Shown in pieces: positions 37,969 through 48,748 of a stretch of 64,000 bases of DNA. The notes under the pieces were generated by a model. It saw only the letters and a program-made list of their open reading frames with translations, searched no databases and was not told where the DNA came from. Numbering within the stretch: the stretch's first letter is position 1; each line of letters opens with the position of its first letter. Both the position numbers and the translations under genes were made by a program. This stretch comes from Dehalococcoidia bacterium (lineage in GTDB: Bacteria; Chloroflexota; Dehalococcoidia; Plut-88900), in assembly GCA_965197645.1 (NCBI GenBank), contig OZ240219.1, positions 1,952,001 through 2,016,000 on the forward strand, read 5' to 3'.

Positions 37969-39345
37969 ATGTCAAAGTCAATCATTGGTCTGGTGCTGAG
38001 CATCGCGGTTCTCGCCACCCTGCTAACTGGATGTTCCGATGAGCCAGATCCCATTCCTTCAAACGGGACCGATTCTAGTCCCACTACCTCATCGGAGCAG
38101 GGGATCAATCCGGAACCAACACATGCCCCCACATCGGCTGTGACAAACACCGCCGCTCCGGAAGCCGCAACGCCCTCAGAAACGCCGACTGTCACCGCAC
38201 GGGAAGCGGCGACGCCCACACCTGCCGCTCTCCCAACCGCCACGGCAACGGCCGCAGCCACTGAGCCATATCCCGTTCCTTTGTGGCAAGGGCCTTTTTT
38301 CGATCTGATGAAACTCATCCCGTTAACCCAGGACAGCCGTGCCTTCGTTTCAATTAGCGATTACACCCTCGCACGGGAAGCAAACGGCATTCAGGCCCCG
38401 GCGGAGGACGCCAACGCCGAGGACCTGGAAGAATACCTGCGAGAGCTCCAACTAACAGGACTGGCCGGAGGGCCCTGGATAAGTGGATTCACACGTGAAT
38501 CCATGGCTCAACTAGAGCAGAAGTACCTGGGCTTCGGCGTGGGAGACGTCGAGCGGAGTATCCTGGTTGGAGAACCACCCTACACCCTGGAGGCGGTAAG
38601 TGGCCGCTTCGATCCCGAGACCACCGATGCATCCCTCGCCGCCTGCGCCGAGTGCGATAAGCCCGACGTACAAGAACACTTGGGAGTGAAGTTCTACAGC
38701 TGGGGAGAGGACTACAAGCCAGACTTCAAGAAGAGACTGCAACCCCCGGCATACGATGTATTAGGCAGAGGCGGCCGGATTGCCGTTCTGGACTCTGTTG
38801 TGTTCAGAACACTTGGGACTGCGGGCATGAGGTCGCTGATCCGCACCTATGGTGGAAACGGAGACTCCCTCGCAGACGACCCTGACTTGGCGTTGGCTGC
38901 TGGCGCATTACAGAATCTCGGCGTCTATTCGGCATTACTGGCTGGGGACGTGGAGAGGTTTACCGACCCTCTTGATTCCCTCCTCAGCGCCGAAGAGCAG
39001 GAACAGCTACAGAAAATGATGGACCAACTACAGATGGAAGCAGGAACTACCTCGGATAAGTACAGCGTCCTGGGGGCGGGCGTTGCAAAGGATGCGGACG
39101 GCTTTGTCACGATCTTGGTCTTTGTCTACGAGGACGAGGGTGCGGCAAGCCGCAGCGTGCAGGACTTCGAGGAGAGGTTAGCCAACGGGCGGAGCATGTT
39201 AACGGAGCAGCCCTGGACCGAATACTTCCCAGAGGGTGAGGTATGGAATGACGGGAGGGCGCTGATCGCCAGGTTGCGCACCGAGCACCCCCGGATCTGG
39301 GAGCAGATGGTGTTGTCTGTGGATTCCCTGCTGTGGCAAGAATAG
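37969..39345 (+). CDS. MSKSII-family lipoprotein with uncharacterised globular payload
   Basis: Lipobox LLTGC; Thr/Pro stalk; ~350 aa domain of unknown function. Confidence 0.8.
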   Translation: MSKSIIGLVLSIAVLATLLTGCSDEPDPIPSNGTDSSPTTSSEQGINPEPTHAPTSAVTNTAAPEAATPSETPTVTAREAATPTPAALPTATATAAATEPYPVPLWQGPFFDLMKLIPLTQDSRAFVSISDYTLAREANGIQAPAEDANAEDLEEYLRELQLTGLAGGPWISGFTRESMAQLEQKYLGFGVGDVERSILVGEPPYTLEAVSGRFDPETTDASLAACAECDKPDVQEHLGVKFYSWGEDYKPDFKKRLQPPAYDVLGRGGRIAVLDSVVFRTLGTAGMRSLIRTYGGNGDSLADDPDLALAAGALQNLGVYSALLAGDVERFTDPLDSLLSAEEQEQLQKMMDQLQMEAGTTSDKYSVLGAGVAKDADGFVTILVFVYEDEGAASRSVQDFEERLANGRSMLTEQPWTEYFPEGEVWNDGRALIARLRTEHPRIWEQMVLSVDSLLWQE

Positions 39346-39540
39346 CTGAGGTGCAAGACGTAGCTGCCGCACCCGTTCGGGGCGTCTGAACGGAATTGGG
39401 TATCCGAACCTTACATCCGGCTTGGAGGCTCACTACGATTTAGGTTGGCGAGGGCTGCTTTTCGGGCGGCAAGCCTTGTCATGGGCGCCGAAAAGTCCAG
39501 GCAATCATACGGCGTTAGGAGATAGGAGAAAGGAGCGAAA

Positions 39541-41760
39541 ATGTCGAAGTCCATTACAAGCAGTGTGCTGCTCGCGGGCGCGATACTCCTCGCCATTCTC
39601 CTGCCCGGATGTTCCGATGAGCCGACCCCTTCGCCGGTGGCCAAGATTACTCCTAGCTCCACGGCCACCGCAACCCTGACGCCAGCTCCCATAGCTACAC
39701 CATCACCCGCTCCTACGGCAACGGTCACCGCAACCCTGACGCCTACGGCTACTCCTACACCCACTCAGACCGCGATGCCCACGGCCACTCCGACGCCCGT
39801 TCCGACTGCAACACCGACCGCCACGCCCACTCAGACCGCCACGCCCACAGCCACTCCGACGCCCACTCCAGTTCCCACGGCTACACCCACTCCGACTCCT
39901 ACACCAACGCCAACTCCCACGCCTCCTCCCGATCTAGTGATTGACACTCCAACGCTGAGCGACAGCAGTCCGATGACGGACCAAGCCCTCACGCTAAGAG
40001 TCACCGTGGGGAATCGGGGCAGCGGTCCCTCGGGGCCCACTACGCTCACCTACTACCGCTCCGACGACTCGACGATCACGCCCGCCGATACCGAGGTGGG
40101 CACGGACGGGGTTGCCGGGCTCGGTGCATCGGAGAGCGGCGCAGAGTCAATCCTCACCTATGCGCCGTCCACACCGGGCGCCTATTACTACGGCGTCTGC
40201 GTGGACTCGATGCCCGGCGAGTCCGATACAACCAACAACTGCTCCGCCGTGGCGGCTGCAACCGTTTCGGAGTTCGACATTGACAATCTTCCGTGGGTCG
40301 CCGACGAAGTAACCGGCGACGAGCGGCAAGCGATGGACCACATTCGCGTCCTCGCTACAATCGACCGTTCGATGGCCCAGCGAGTAGCGGGCTCACCGTG
40401 GCTCTCCGACGGAGTAACCGAAGATGAGCTGCGGATGTTGGATGACCTCCTTGACTTGGCCGGAGTCCACTCGGAAATAGCCGTCTTGGTGACAACCGCG
40501 CCCGATGAGACAGGGCGTCTCATTGAGGCCTTCCTGTCTTCACTGCAATGGATACTCTCCAGTGACCCTGGCAGGTCGGAGCAGTTCCTGGGTCAACCAT
40601 GGTTCCAAGATGGGCTGACGGAAGAGGAGGCTGCGCTGATCGTAGTGTTGCAAGACGCCGCGGATTCAGAGGACGTATTCCGGGACCTCCTCCAGGGTGG
40701 CCATGTGCGGTCGGACACGATCTCCCTGCCCCTGGCTGGTGAGGTGGACCTGTTTGCAGTCGGCAGGTCGGAGCTGTGGCTGGAGGGAACACTTGAAAGA
40801 ATGGCTTTCGCAGTCGAGTCGATGGAGGCTTTCATGGGCACACCCTGGCCACAGCCCGACGTCATCGTGCTTCTGGAACTCGAAAGTGACATGGGTTATG
40901 GCGCAGCCGGGTGGAACTCCGGCACTCACGTTGTGGCGAAGAACACGTCCAAGGATCTCACCTACCACGAGTTGGCCCACTTCTATTTTGGCGGCAACGT
41001 TCCGTGGTGGTTATCAGAAGGCTCGGCGGACTTCCTGATGCTCCACATCAATCGGTTGACCGGAGACGAATTTCCCTTTGGCTCTCTCTATATCCATGAC
41101 CAGATTCGCATACTTGAAGTGTGCGCTCCTCATGGCTCAGCCAATGTCCAGGGGTTCATCGAGACCGGGACGGGGGACTCCTATTGTCCGTATCTGCTTG
41201 GGCGTCAGTTCCTGGCGGGAATGTATCGAACCCTAGGGCATGAGGTGGTTTCGTCAGCTCTGCGGGAGTTATACGAGACAGGTGAGGGCATTGGCAGGAC
41301 CGCGACGGAAGACGAGATTTACCGGGCGTTTCTGACGAACACCCCGTCATCGCAGCGGAATGACTTTCAGTTCTGGTATCACTGTCTTCATGGCCGCTCA
41401 ATTCCCGGCTATACCGCTGCAACCAAGCCCGCGGCCCCGCCCGACAACAGAGGCGCACTGGTTGCGCTCTACAACGCCACCAACGGTCCGGGCTGGAAGA
41501 ACAGTGAGAACTGGCTGAGCGAGGCTCCCCTCGACGAATGGCATGGCGTGGCCACCGACTGTGACGGCTCTGTTATTGGGCTGAAGCTGATAGAGAATCA
41601 GTTAACCGGCCCTATACCGCCGGAATTGGGCAGGCTATCCAATTTAATAGAGCTAAACCTCTGGGGCAATCAGCTGACCGGCTGCGTGCCGGCAACACTG
41701 AAGGTCAGCGAAACCAACTACACAGAAGGACTGGGTTTGGAGGTCTGCACGGACTCCTAG
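39541..41760 (+). CDS. MSKSI-family lipoprotein: PT stalk, CARDB-like domain, HEXXH metallopeptidase, short LRR
   Basis: Lipobox LLPGC; PDLVI...[10 protein letters not shown]...ESDTTNNCS; YHELAH...WLSEGSADF; [14 protein letters not shown]...[17 protein letters not shown]. Confidence 0.82.
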   Translation: MSKSITSSVLLAGAILLAILLPGCSDEPTPSPVAKITPSSTATATLTPAPIATPSPAPTATVTATLTPTATPTPTQTAMPTATPTPVPTATPTATPTQTATPTATPTPTPVPTATPTPTPTPTPTPTPPPDLVIDTPTLSDSSPMTDQALTLRVTVGNRGSGPSGPTTLTYYRSDDSTITPADTEVGTDGVAGLGASESGAESILTYAPSTPGAYYYGVCVDSMPGESDTTNNCSAVAAATVSEFDIDNLPWVADEVTGDERQAMDHIRVLATIDRSMAQRVAGSPWLSDGVTEDELRMLDDLLDLAGVHSEIAVLVTTAPDETGRLIEAFLSSLQWILSSDPGRSEQFLGQPWFQDGLTEEEAALIVVLQDAADSEDVFRDLLQGGHVRSDTISLPLAGEVDLFAVGRSELWLEGTLERMAFAVESMEAFMGTPWPQPDVIVLLELESDMGYGAAGWNSGTHVVAKNTSKDLTYHELAHFYFGGNVPWWLSEGSADFLMLHINRLTGDEFPFGSLYIHDQIRILEVCAPHGSANVQGFIETGTGDSYCPYLLGRQFLAGMYRTLGHEVVSSALRELYETGEGIGRTATEDEIYRAFLTNTPSSQRNDFQFWYHCLHGRSIPGYTAATKPAAPPDNRGALVALYNATNGPGWKNSENWLSEAPLDEWHGVATDCDGSVIGLKLIENQLTGPIPPELGRLSNLIELNLWGNQLTGCVPATLKVSETNYTEGLGLEVCTDS

Positions 41761-41861
41761 CCACCCCAGAACTTGAGATGGCCAGGAAAGAGACTGTGAC
41801 TCGCGGGAGGTTACCGCCTCCGACTAATGAGGAGGCAGGCCCACTTAAGGACGTGAAAGCA

Positions 41862-43652
41862 ATGTCGAAGTCAATCATTGGTCTGCTGGTGAGCGCCGCG
41901 GTTCTCGCCATGCTCCTGCCCGGATGTTCCGATGAGCCGACCCCTTCGCCGGTGGCCAGGGTTCTTCCTAGCGCCACTGCTACACCGATATCCGTTCCTT
42001 CGGCAACGGCCACTCAGACCGCCACGTCCACAGCCACTCCGACGCCCGTTCCCACGGCAACGCCCACTCAGACCGCTACGCCCGCAGCCACTCCGACACC
42101 CGTTCCCACGGCAACGGCCACTCAGACCGCCACGTCCACAGCCACTCCGACGCCCGTTCCCACGGCAACGCCCACTCAGACCGCTACGCCCGCAGACACT
42201 CCGACACCCGTTCCCACGGCAACAGCCACTCAGACCGCCACGTCCACAGCCACTCCGACGCCCGTTCCCACGGCAACGCCCACTCAGACCGCTACGCCCA
42301 CCGCCACAGCAACCTCAGAGGCGACTGCAACGGCGACACCTGCGCCTGAAGCACGCGATCTCTACCGGGCGATTCGTGAGGGTAATCGTGACGCTGTTCG
42401 TAATCTCGTGGCCGCCGGCATGGATGTTAACGCAACAGTTCAAGAAAGTTCAGGCCTCTTAAATCCCTCGAGCCAAACCGGGCCGCTCCTCTACTGGGCG
42501 ATTCGGAACGGCGACCCTGAAATTGTCTGGATTCTCGTGGACGCAGGCGCGGATGTTAACGCTACATTTCGACTACGTTCAAGCAGCCTGTTCGGCTTAA
42601 TCGATTCAAGCACCACGGTCACCGCACTCCTTGACTATGCGATTCGGGGAGGCAAGGTTGAAATTACCCGGATTCTCGTGGACGCAGGCGCGAAGTACGA
42701 CGATGGCGTGGACCCTCTGCATCTTGCGGCTGAATACAAACAAACTAAGAAACAAGATGCACTGAATTGGGCACTGCTGAATGCGGTGGAAGACATGGAT
42801 CTGGCAAAGGTCCAAGCGCTACTGGTCGAAGGAGCCGACATAAATGGGAAGGTCCATGGCCAGACGCCACTGCAGATAGCTGCGGAAAGCAACGAAAACC
42901 CGCTGGTGATCCAGGCTTTGCTGGACGCCGGGGCCGATATCAATGCGAAGGACGTATGGGGCCAGACGCCACTGCAGATAGCTGCGGAAGGCAACGAAAA
43001 CCCGCTGGTGATCCAGGCTTTGCTGGACGCCGGGGCCGATATCAATGCGAAGGACACATGGGGCCAGACGCCACTGCAGATAGCTGCGGAAAGCAACGAA
43101 AACCCGCTGGTGATCCAGGCTTTGCTGGACGCCGGGGCCGATATCAATGCGAAGGACGTATGGGGCCAGACGCCACTGCAGATAGCTGCGGAAGGCAACG
43201 AAAACCCGCTGGTGATCCAGGCTTTGCTGGACGCCGGGGCCGATATCAATGCGAAGGACACATGGGGCCAGACGCCACTGCAGATAGCTGCGGAAAGCAA
43301 CGAAAACCCGCTGGTGATCCAGGCTTTGCTGGACGCCGGGGCCGATATCAATGCGAAGGACACATGGGGCCAGACGCCACTGCACCATGCGGCGGGAAGC
43401 AACGAAAACCCGCCGGTGATCCAGGCTTTGCTGGACGCCGGGGCCGATATCAATGCGAAGGACACATGGGGCCAGACGCCACTGCAGATAGCTGCGGCAA
43501 GCAACGAAAACCCGCTGGTGATCCAGGCTTTGCTGGACGCCGGGGCCGATATCAATGCGAAGGACACATGGGGCCAGACGCCTCTGGAAGTAGCAAAGGA
43601 CGAAAGAAACTCTGAGGCCAGCAAGTTGCTTGAAGAAGCGGCTGCTTCTTGA
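41862..43652 (+). CDS. MSKSII-family lipoprotein with ankyrin repeats
   Basis: Lipobox LLPGC; Thr/Pro repeats; [32 protein letters not shown] repeats. Confidence 0.9.
   Translation: MSKSIIGLLVSAAVLAMLLPGCSDEPTPSPVARVLPSATATPISVPSATATQTATSTATPTPVPTATPTQTATPAATPTPVPTATATQTATSTATPTPVPTATPTQTATPADTPTPVPTATATQTATSTATPTPVPTATPTQTATPTATATSEATATATPAPEARDLYRAIREGNRDAVRNLVAAGMDVNATVQESSGLLNPSSQTGPLLYWAIRNGDPEIVWILVDAGADVNATFRLRSSSLFGLIDSSTTVTALLDYAIRGGKVEITRILVDAGAKYDDGVDPLHLAAEYKQTKKQDALNWALLNAVEDMDLAKVQALLVEGADINGKVHGQTPLQIAAESNENPLVIQALLDAGADINAKDVWGQTPLQIAAEGNENPLVIQALLDAGADINAKDTWGQTPLQIAAESNENPLVIQALLDAGADINAKDVWGQTPLQIAAEGNENPLVIQALLDAGADINAKDTWGQTPLQIAAESNENPLVIQALLDAGADINAKDTWGQTPLHHAAGSNENPPVIQALLDAGADINAKDTWGQTPLQIAAASNENPLVIQALLDAGADINAKDTWGQTPLEVAKDERNSEASKLLEEAAAS
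42858..43571 (+). repeat. Seven near-identical 102-bp tandem repeats (ankyrin units)
   Basis: Unit starts GGCCAGACGCCACTGCA; alternating variants give a 204-bp higher-order period. Confidence 0.9.
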
Positions 43653-43741
43653 AGCAACCTGCCTTTGCCCACCATCACATCTGGCCTGTGACAGGTCAAG
43701 GGATGCCGGGCTGACAAGTTTAAGGAAAGGACGTGGAAGCA

Positions 43742-46405
43742 ATGTCAAAGTCAATCATTGGTCTGGTGCTGAGCATCGCAGTATTCGCCATCCTGCTAAC
43801 CGGGTGTTCCGATGAGCCAGATCCCATTCCTTCAAACGGGACCGATTCTAGCACCACCTCATCGGAAGCTACGGAAGCTGCAACGCCCGCAGACACGTCG
43901 ACTGCCGCCGCACCAAAGACCAAGTCCGCCGGGGAGTTCGCCTCGGTCAGCGCGGGGGAAAGACACACCTGCGGGGTGAGGAGCGATGGCTCCGTTGAAT
44001 GCTGGGGCTGGGATGTATTTGGCCAATCCATGCCTCCGTCAGGGGAGTTTGTGTCGGTCAGCGCCGGGGAGGGCCACACCTGCGGGTTGAGGCGGGATGG
44101 CTCCGTCGAGTGCTGGGGATTGAATTTCTTTGGTCAAGCCACCCCGCCGTCCGCGGAGTTCTCCTCCATCAGCGCCGGATGGAACCACACCTGCGGGGTG
44201 ACGAGGGATGGTTCCGTCGAGTGTTGGGGCTCGAATTTCTATGGTCAAGCCACGCCGCCGTCCGCGGAGTTCGCCTCCGTCAGCGCGGGGGCATTCCACA
44301 CCTGCGGAGTCAAGCTTGACAGCTCCGTCACCTGCTGGGGGTCCAATGAAGGCGACTTTGGAGCGGAGCTTGGGCAGGCCACGCCGCCGTCAGGGGAATT
44401 CGCCTCGATCAGTGCCGGAGGATTCCACACCTGCGGAATGAGGACCGACGGCTCCGTCGAGTGTTGGGGAGACAACGCTGATGGCCGGACCACACCGCCG
44501 TCAGGGGAATTCGCCTTGATCAATGCTGGGGGATTCCACACCTGTGGGGTGAAGCGCGACGGCTCCGTCGAATGCTGGGGTCATGATGGCTATGGCCGGA
44601 CCACGCCGCCGTCCGGGGAGTTCGCCTCGGTCAGCGCCGGGGGGTTCCACACCTGCGGGGTGAGACCCGACGGCTCCGTCGAATGCTGGGGTCATGATGG
44701 CTATGGCCACGCCACTCCGCCGTCCGGGGAGTTCACCTCCGTCAGCGCCAGCAATGTCCACACCTGTGGGGTGAGGACCGACGGCTCCGTCGAATGCTGG
44801 GGCAATGATGATAACGGCGAGGCCACTCCGCCGTCCGGGGAGTTCACTTCGGTCAGCGCTGGGGAGTTCCACACCTGCGGAGTGATGCGCGACGGCTCCG
44901 TCGCCTGCTGGGGCGATGATGAACATGGCGAGGCCACTCCGCCGTCCGGGGAGTTCGCCTCGGTCACCGCCGGGGGGTTCCACACCTGCGGTGTGAGGAC
45001 CGACGGCTCCGTCGAATGCTGGGGCAATGATGATAACGGCCAGGCCACTCCGCCGTCCGGGGAGTTCGCCTCGGTCACCGCCGGGGGGTTCCACACCTGC
45101 GGGGTGAAGGCCGACGGCGGCGTCGAATGCTGGGACAATGATGATAGCGGCGAGGCCACTCCGCCGTCCGGGGCGTTCGCCTCGGTCAGCGTCGGATGGA
45201 ACCACACCTGCGGGGTGAGGACCGACGGCTCCGTCGAATGCTGGGGCCGCGACAAATATGGAGAAGCCAAGCCTCCGTCCGGGGAATTTACCTCTGTCAG
45301 TGCTGGGGTCCGGCACACCTGCGGGGTGAGGACCGACGGTTCAGTCGAATGCTGGGGCTCCAACGAAAATTCCGATGAACACGAGGTTGGCCAAGCCACG
45401 CCGCCGTCCGGGGAGTTCGCCTCGGTCAGCGCTGGGGCGTTCCACACCTGCGGGGTGAGGCGGGACGGCTCCATCGCGTGCTGGGGTGAACAGGCCCGCG
45501 GGCTGACGGCTCCGCAAGGAGAAGCCAAAGCGGAGCAAGTAGAGTTCATCTCGGTCAGCGCCGGGTTTTTTCACATCTGCGGGGTGAGGACCGACGGCGC
45601 CGTGGAATGCTGGGGACTCAACGAGGATGACAAGGGCAATGTTGTTGGTCAGGCCACACCGCCGTCCGGGGAGTTCGCCTCGGTCAGCGCCGGGGGAGGC
45701 CACACCTGCGGGGTGAGGACCGACGGTTCAGTCGAATGCTGGGGACTCAACGAGGATGGCGAGGCTGCGCCGCCGTCCGGGGAGTTCACCTCCGTCAGCG
45801 CCGGGGCGTTCCACACCTGCGGGGTAAGGCGCGACGGCACCGTCGAGTGCTGGGGATTCAACGAGGATCACGAGGGCAATGTTGTTGGTCAGGCCACGCC
45901 GCCGTCCGGGGAGTTCGCCTCGGTCAGCGCCGGGACGTTCCACACCTGCGGGGTGAGGACCGACGGCGCCGTCGAGTGCTGGGGATTCAACGAGGATGGG
46001 GACAGCAATGTTGTTGGTCAAGCCACGCCGCCGTCCGGGGAGTTCGCCTCGGTCAGCGCCGGGTTTTTCCATACCTGCGGGGTGAGGACCGATGGCGCAG
46101 TCGAATGCTGGGGCTTCAACAAGGATGACAAGGGCAATGTTGTTGGTCAGGCCACACCGCCGTCCGGGGAGTTCGCCTCGGTCAGCGCCGGGACGTTCCA
46201 CACCTGCGGGGTGAGGGCCGACGGCTCCGTCGAATGCTGGGGCTCTAATGATGATTTCGGCGGCAATGTTGTTGGTCAAGCTACTCCACCGCCAGGGGAG
46301 TTCGCTTCGGTCAGCGCCAGGTGGCTCCACACCTGCGGGGTGAGGACCGACGGCTCTGTCGAATGCTGGGGGTTAAACGAGGATGGCCAAGCCACTCTGC
46401 CCTAA
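43742..46405 (+). CDS. MSKSII-family lipoprotein with 21 RCC1-like repeats
   Basis: Lipobox LLTGC; 21 repeats of 37 or 43 aa counted, consistent with three 7-bladed propellers. Confidence 0.9.
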   Translation: MSKSIIGLVLSIAVFAILLTGCSDEPDPIPSNGTDSSTTSSEATEAATPADTSTAAAPKTKSAGEFASVSAGERHTCGVRSDGSVECWGWDVFGQSMPPSGEFVSVSAGEGHTCGLRRDGSVECWGLNFFGQATPPSAEFSSISAGWNHTCGVTRDGSVECWGSNFYGQATPPSAEFASVSAGAFHTCGVKLDSSVTCWGSNEGDFGAELGQATPPSGEFASISAGGFHTCGMRTDGSVECWGDNADGRTTPPSGEFALINAGGFHTCGVKRDGSVECWGHDGYGRTTPPSGEFASVSAGGFHTCGVRPDGSVECWGHDGYGHATPPSGEFTSVSASNVHTCGVRTDGSVECWGNDDNGEATPPSGEFTSVSAGEFHTCGVMRDGSVACWGDDEHGEATPPSGEFASVTAGGFHTCGVRTDGSVECWGNDDNGQATPPSGEFASVTAGGFHTCGVKADGGVECWDNDDSGEATPPSGAFASVSVGWNHTCGVRTDGSVECWGRDKYGEAKPPSGEFTSVSAGVRHTCGVRTDGSVECWGSNENSDEHEVGQATPPSGEFASVSAGAFHTCGVRRDGSIACWGEQARGLTAPQGEAKAEQVEFISVSAGFFHICGVRTDGAVECWGLNEDDKGNVVGQATPPSGEFASVSAGGGHTCGVRTDGSVECWGLNEDGEAAPPSGEFTSVSAGAFHTCGVRRDGTVECWGFNEDHEGNVVGQATPPSGEFASVSAGTFHTCGVRTDGAVECWGFNEDGDSNVVGQATPPSGEFASVSAGFFHTCGVRTDGAVECWGFNKDDKGNVVGQATPPSGEFASVSAGTFHTCGVRADGSVECWGSNDDFGGNVVGQATPPPGEFASVSARWLHTCGVRTDGSVECWGLNEDGQATLP

Positions 46406-46573
46406 TATCGGTGTTGCCAGGCCCACTTGCCAGGATCCGAAATGGTTTCGCACGCTCTCTCGACTAATGAAGCACAATCTAGATTGAGACTTCCCACCGA
46501 AAAGTTCGCAGTACATTACACTCTGGCCCACGTGGAGAGGCTCGAAATCCCCGTAAGGATCTCTGTGCCCATG

Positions 46574-46634
46574 CTCACAGAGCCCCCAACCACAACTCGA
46601 AGATAGTTCCACCTACCATCCACTTAGGCCCACC
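46574..46634. repeat. Direct repeat copy 2 (att-like)
   Basis: See 36604-36663. Confidence 0.75.
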
Positions 46635-46889
46635 CAGCCGAACAGGCAATGGACGTAGCGGCCGATATGCTACTGGACAAGGTATAAGTAACGGGGTACG
46701 CTCTAAGCTCCTCCTCTCTAGTAGAGCGGACCACTCCGCTGATTTTCTAGCCAGTACTTGAAGCCATCGATAGCGGGTCTGCTGGGAACCGGCATACGGA
46801 GAGAACCCTCCCCAACCGGCTGGTGGATGACGATCACCCCCCCGCGTGATTCGTTTGTAGAAGTGGACGCCAATACCGGAGAATGACCG

Positions 46890-48746
46890 ATGTCGACTGA
46901 AGAGACGATCAAGAAAACTCTGCAACGCACGATGCTGGAAGCCCTATCCGACTCTCGGGTTCAGGCGCTTCTGTCCGGTGACATGGCTCCTGGAGACCTG
47001 CGGAAGTTTTTCCGCAACTTTATCGTCACACACCTGAACTCGGTCCAGATACTCTCGTTCCTGTTTGCTGTAGCTCCCCGGGAGCCCTCCGACCTTGTGA
47101 AGGGGAACCTGCTGGAGGAGATGGGGCTGGATGGGGGGGAGACGTCCCACCCGGAGATGCTGATAGACCTAGCGCGAGGAGTCGGCTTTTCCGAGGAGGA
47201 TATGGTGCGGCTCAAAACCGAGGCGGAAGAAGAGCGCCGGGTGTTCGGATCGGAGAGGATGCCTTACGAAAGCCTGAGGGACCTGGGGTTCTCGATGTTA
47301 CTCGAGACCGTCACATTTGAGACTTTCCTGTCTCGGGCCAGCGATAAGATAGCCGAGTCGATGACCCGCCACTACGGCCTTTCCCAACAGGACGTGCAGT
47401 GGTTCACTTTGCACGGGGAAGTCGATGCTCGCCACGTCGAAGAAGGCAAACGCACGATTCAAGGCTACATCTCGTACTACGAGTTTCGCCCGGACGAAGT
47501 TGAGGGAATCTTGGCGAAGACGTTCGAACGGAACGTCGTCCTGAAGCGGTACTTCCCGGTAAACCCCAAGTCTGGTCGTAGGCCGGCCCGGGTCGAGAGC
47601 CTAGAGGTGTTGCCTCTGCAAATCCCCTTCAACCGAGCCTTCGTCCATTCCAAGACCAGCCGCTCGACAAGCGACTCCGTCATCGTTCGGCTGACGAGCG
47701 GCGACGGGGTCAAGGGGTACGGGGAAGGGCTGCCGAGGCACTACGTGACGGGGGAGGACATAGCCGGAGTAGTAGAGACGCTAAGGGGCAAGCTGGGGCC
47801 GGAGGCGATGAAGCTGGATTTCGAGTTGGGCTTGGGGGCGGTGGAACAGGTCAGGTCTTTCATAGAGGAGCGGGTTGGGCGTGTACCAAGAGAGTCGGGC
47901 GTCGTGGCGTGGAACGCTACGCTGTGCGCATTGGAGTTGGCTTTGCTGGACTGGACGTTTAAGCGCTCCGGCGAGTCGATTGCCACATGGCTGAGCCCGA
48001 CCCGAGGACACGTGGCTTATACGGGCATTATAGACGCTTCGGACCCACAGGTAGCCCGCGCGATGGCAGAGCGGTACGTCCGGGCGGGGTTCAGGAATCT
48101 GAAGGTAAAGGTCGGGCTGGATGATGATGTTAGTCGAGTGAAAGCGGTCAGGGAGGCCGCAGGAGAAGATGTTGCTATCAGGGTTGATGCCAACGGCGCA
48201 TGGTCAGCCCCCGAGGCTGTCCTGGCTTTGAATCAGCTACGGATGTTTCGCATAACTGCAGTCGAGCAGCCGGCTCCTGCTTCCGATCTCAAAGGGATGA
48301 GGCGGGTGAGGGAAGAGACGGGCAACACCGTCATCGCTGATGAGTCGCTCGTTACTCTCGATGATGCCTTCGACCTCATCCGGGAGAAGGCTTGCGATGT
48401 GTTCAACGTTCGCATTTCCAAATGCGGGGGGTTGCTCTCTTCCTTGCGAATAGCTGAGCTTGCCCTGGAGTCGGGTATAAGGGTGCAGGTGGGGGCACAA
48501 GTGGGGGAGACTTCTATTCTGTCGGCGGCGGGGCGGCATCTCGCTGCCCATTTGCGGGAAGTGGAGTACGTGGAAGGCTCCTTCGGGACGCACCTTCTCA
48601 GCGGGGACATTACCAGGGATCCGGTCATGTTCGGCTACGAGGGCCGAGGAGGTTTGGTCTCTGGCCCCGGGCTGGGCGTCGATGTGGACGACGAGGCACT
48701 CGAAAGGTTTGCCGACGGCGTAGTACGGGTGGAAGGCGAAGGCTGA
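46890..48746 (+). CDS. Fusion of heme-oxygenase-like diiron (CADD/PqqC/TenA-like) domain and enolase-superfamily (MLE/dipeptide epimerase-like) domain
   Basis: N-terminal NLLEEMG...SHPEM, TFE, LHGEVDARH; C-terminal GYGEGLPR, LKVKVG, RVDANGAW, VEQP, IADES, FNVRISKCGG, GPGLGVDVD. Confidence 0.85.
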   Translation: MSTEETIKKTLQRTMLEALSDSRVQALLSGDMAPGDLRKFFRNFIVTHLNSVQILSFLFAVAPREPSDLVKGNLLEEMGLDGGETSHPEMLIDLARGVGFSEEDMVRLKTEAEEERRVFGSERMPYESLRDLGFSMLLETVTFETFLSRASDKIAESMTRHYGLSQQDVQWFTLHGEVDARHVEEGKRTIQGYISYYEFRPDEVEGILAKTFERNVVLKRYFPVNPKSGRRPARVESLEVLPLQIPFNRAFVHSKTSRSTSDSVIVRLTSGDGVKGYGEGLPRHYVTGEDIAGVVETLRGKLGPEAMKLDFELGLGAVEQVRSFIEERVGRVPRESGVVAWNATLCALELALLDWTFKRSGESIATWLSPTRGHVAYTGIIDASDPQVARAMAERYVRAGFRNLKVKVGLDDDVSRVKAVREAAGEDVAIRVDANGAWSAPEAVLALNQLRMFRITAVEQPAPASDLKGMRRVREETGNTVIADESLVTLDDAFDLIREKACDVFNVRISKCGGLLSSLRIAELALESGIRVQVGAQVGETSILSAAGRHLAAHLREVEYVEGSFGTHLLSGDITRDPVMFGYEGRGGLVSGPGLGVDVDDEALERFADGVVRVEGEG

Positions 48747-48748
48747 AT

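Noticed and set aside
37960-37971. GTG starts (MKAMSKS) for the lipoprotein family
   Set aside because: The GTG is part of the Shine-Dalgarno-like TAAGGACGTGA; the ATG 9 nt downstream has proper spacing and matches the start of 39541.
43931-46405. RCC1 DNA repeats as a CRISPR array or DGR target
   Set aside because: Repeats are in-frame protein repeats of 111/129 bp; no reverse transcriptase or template repeat is seen, and variation is not confined to adenines.
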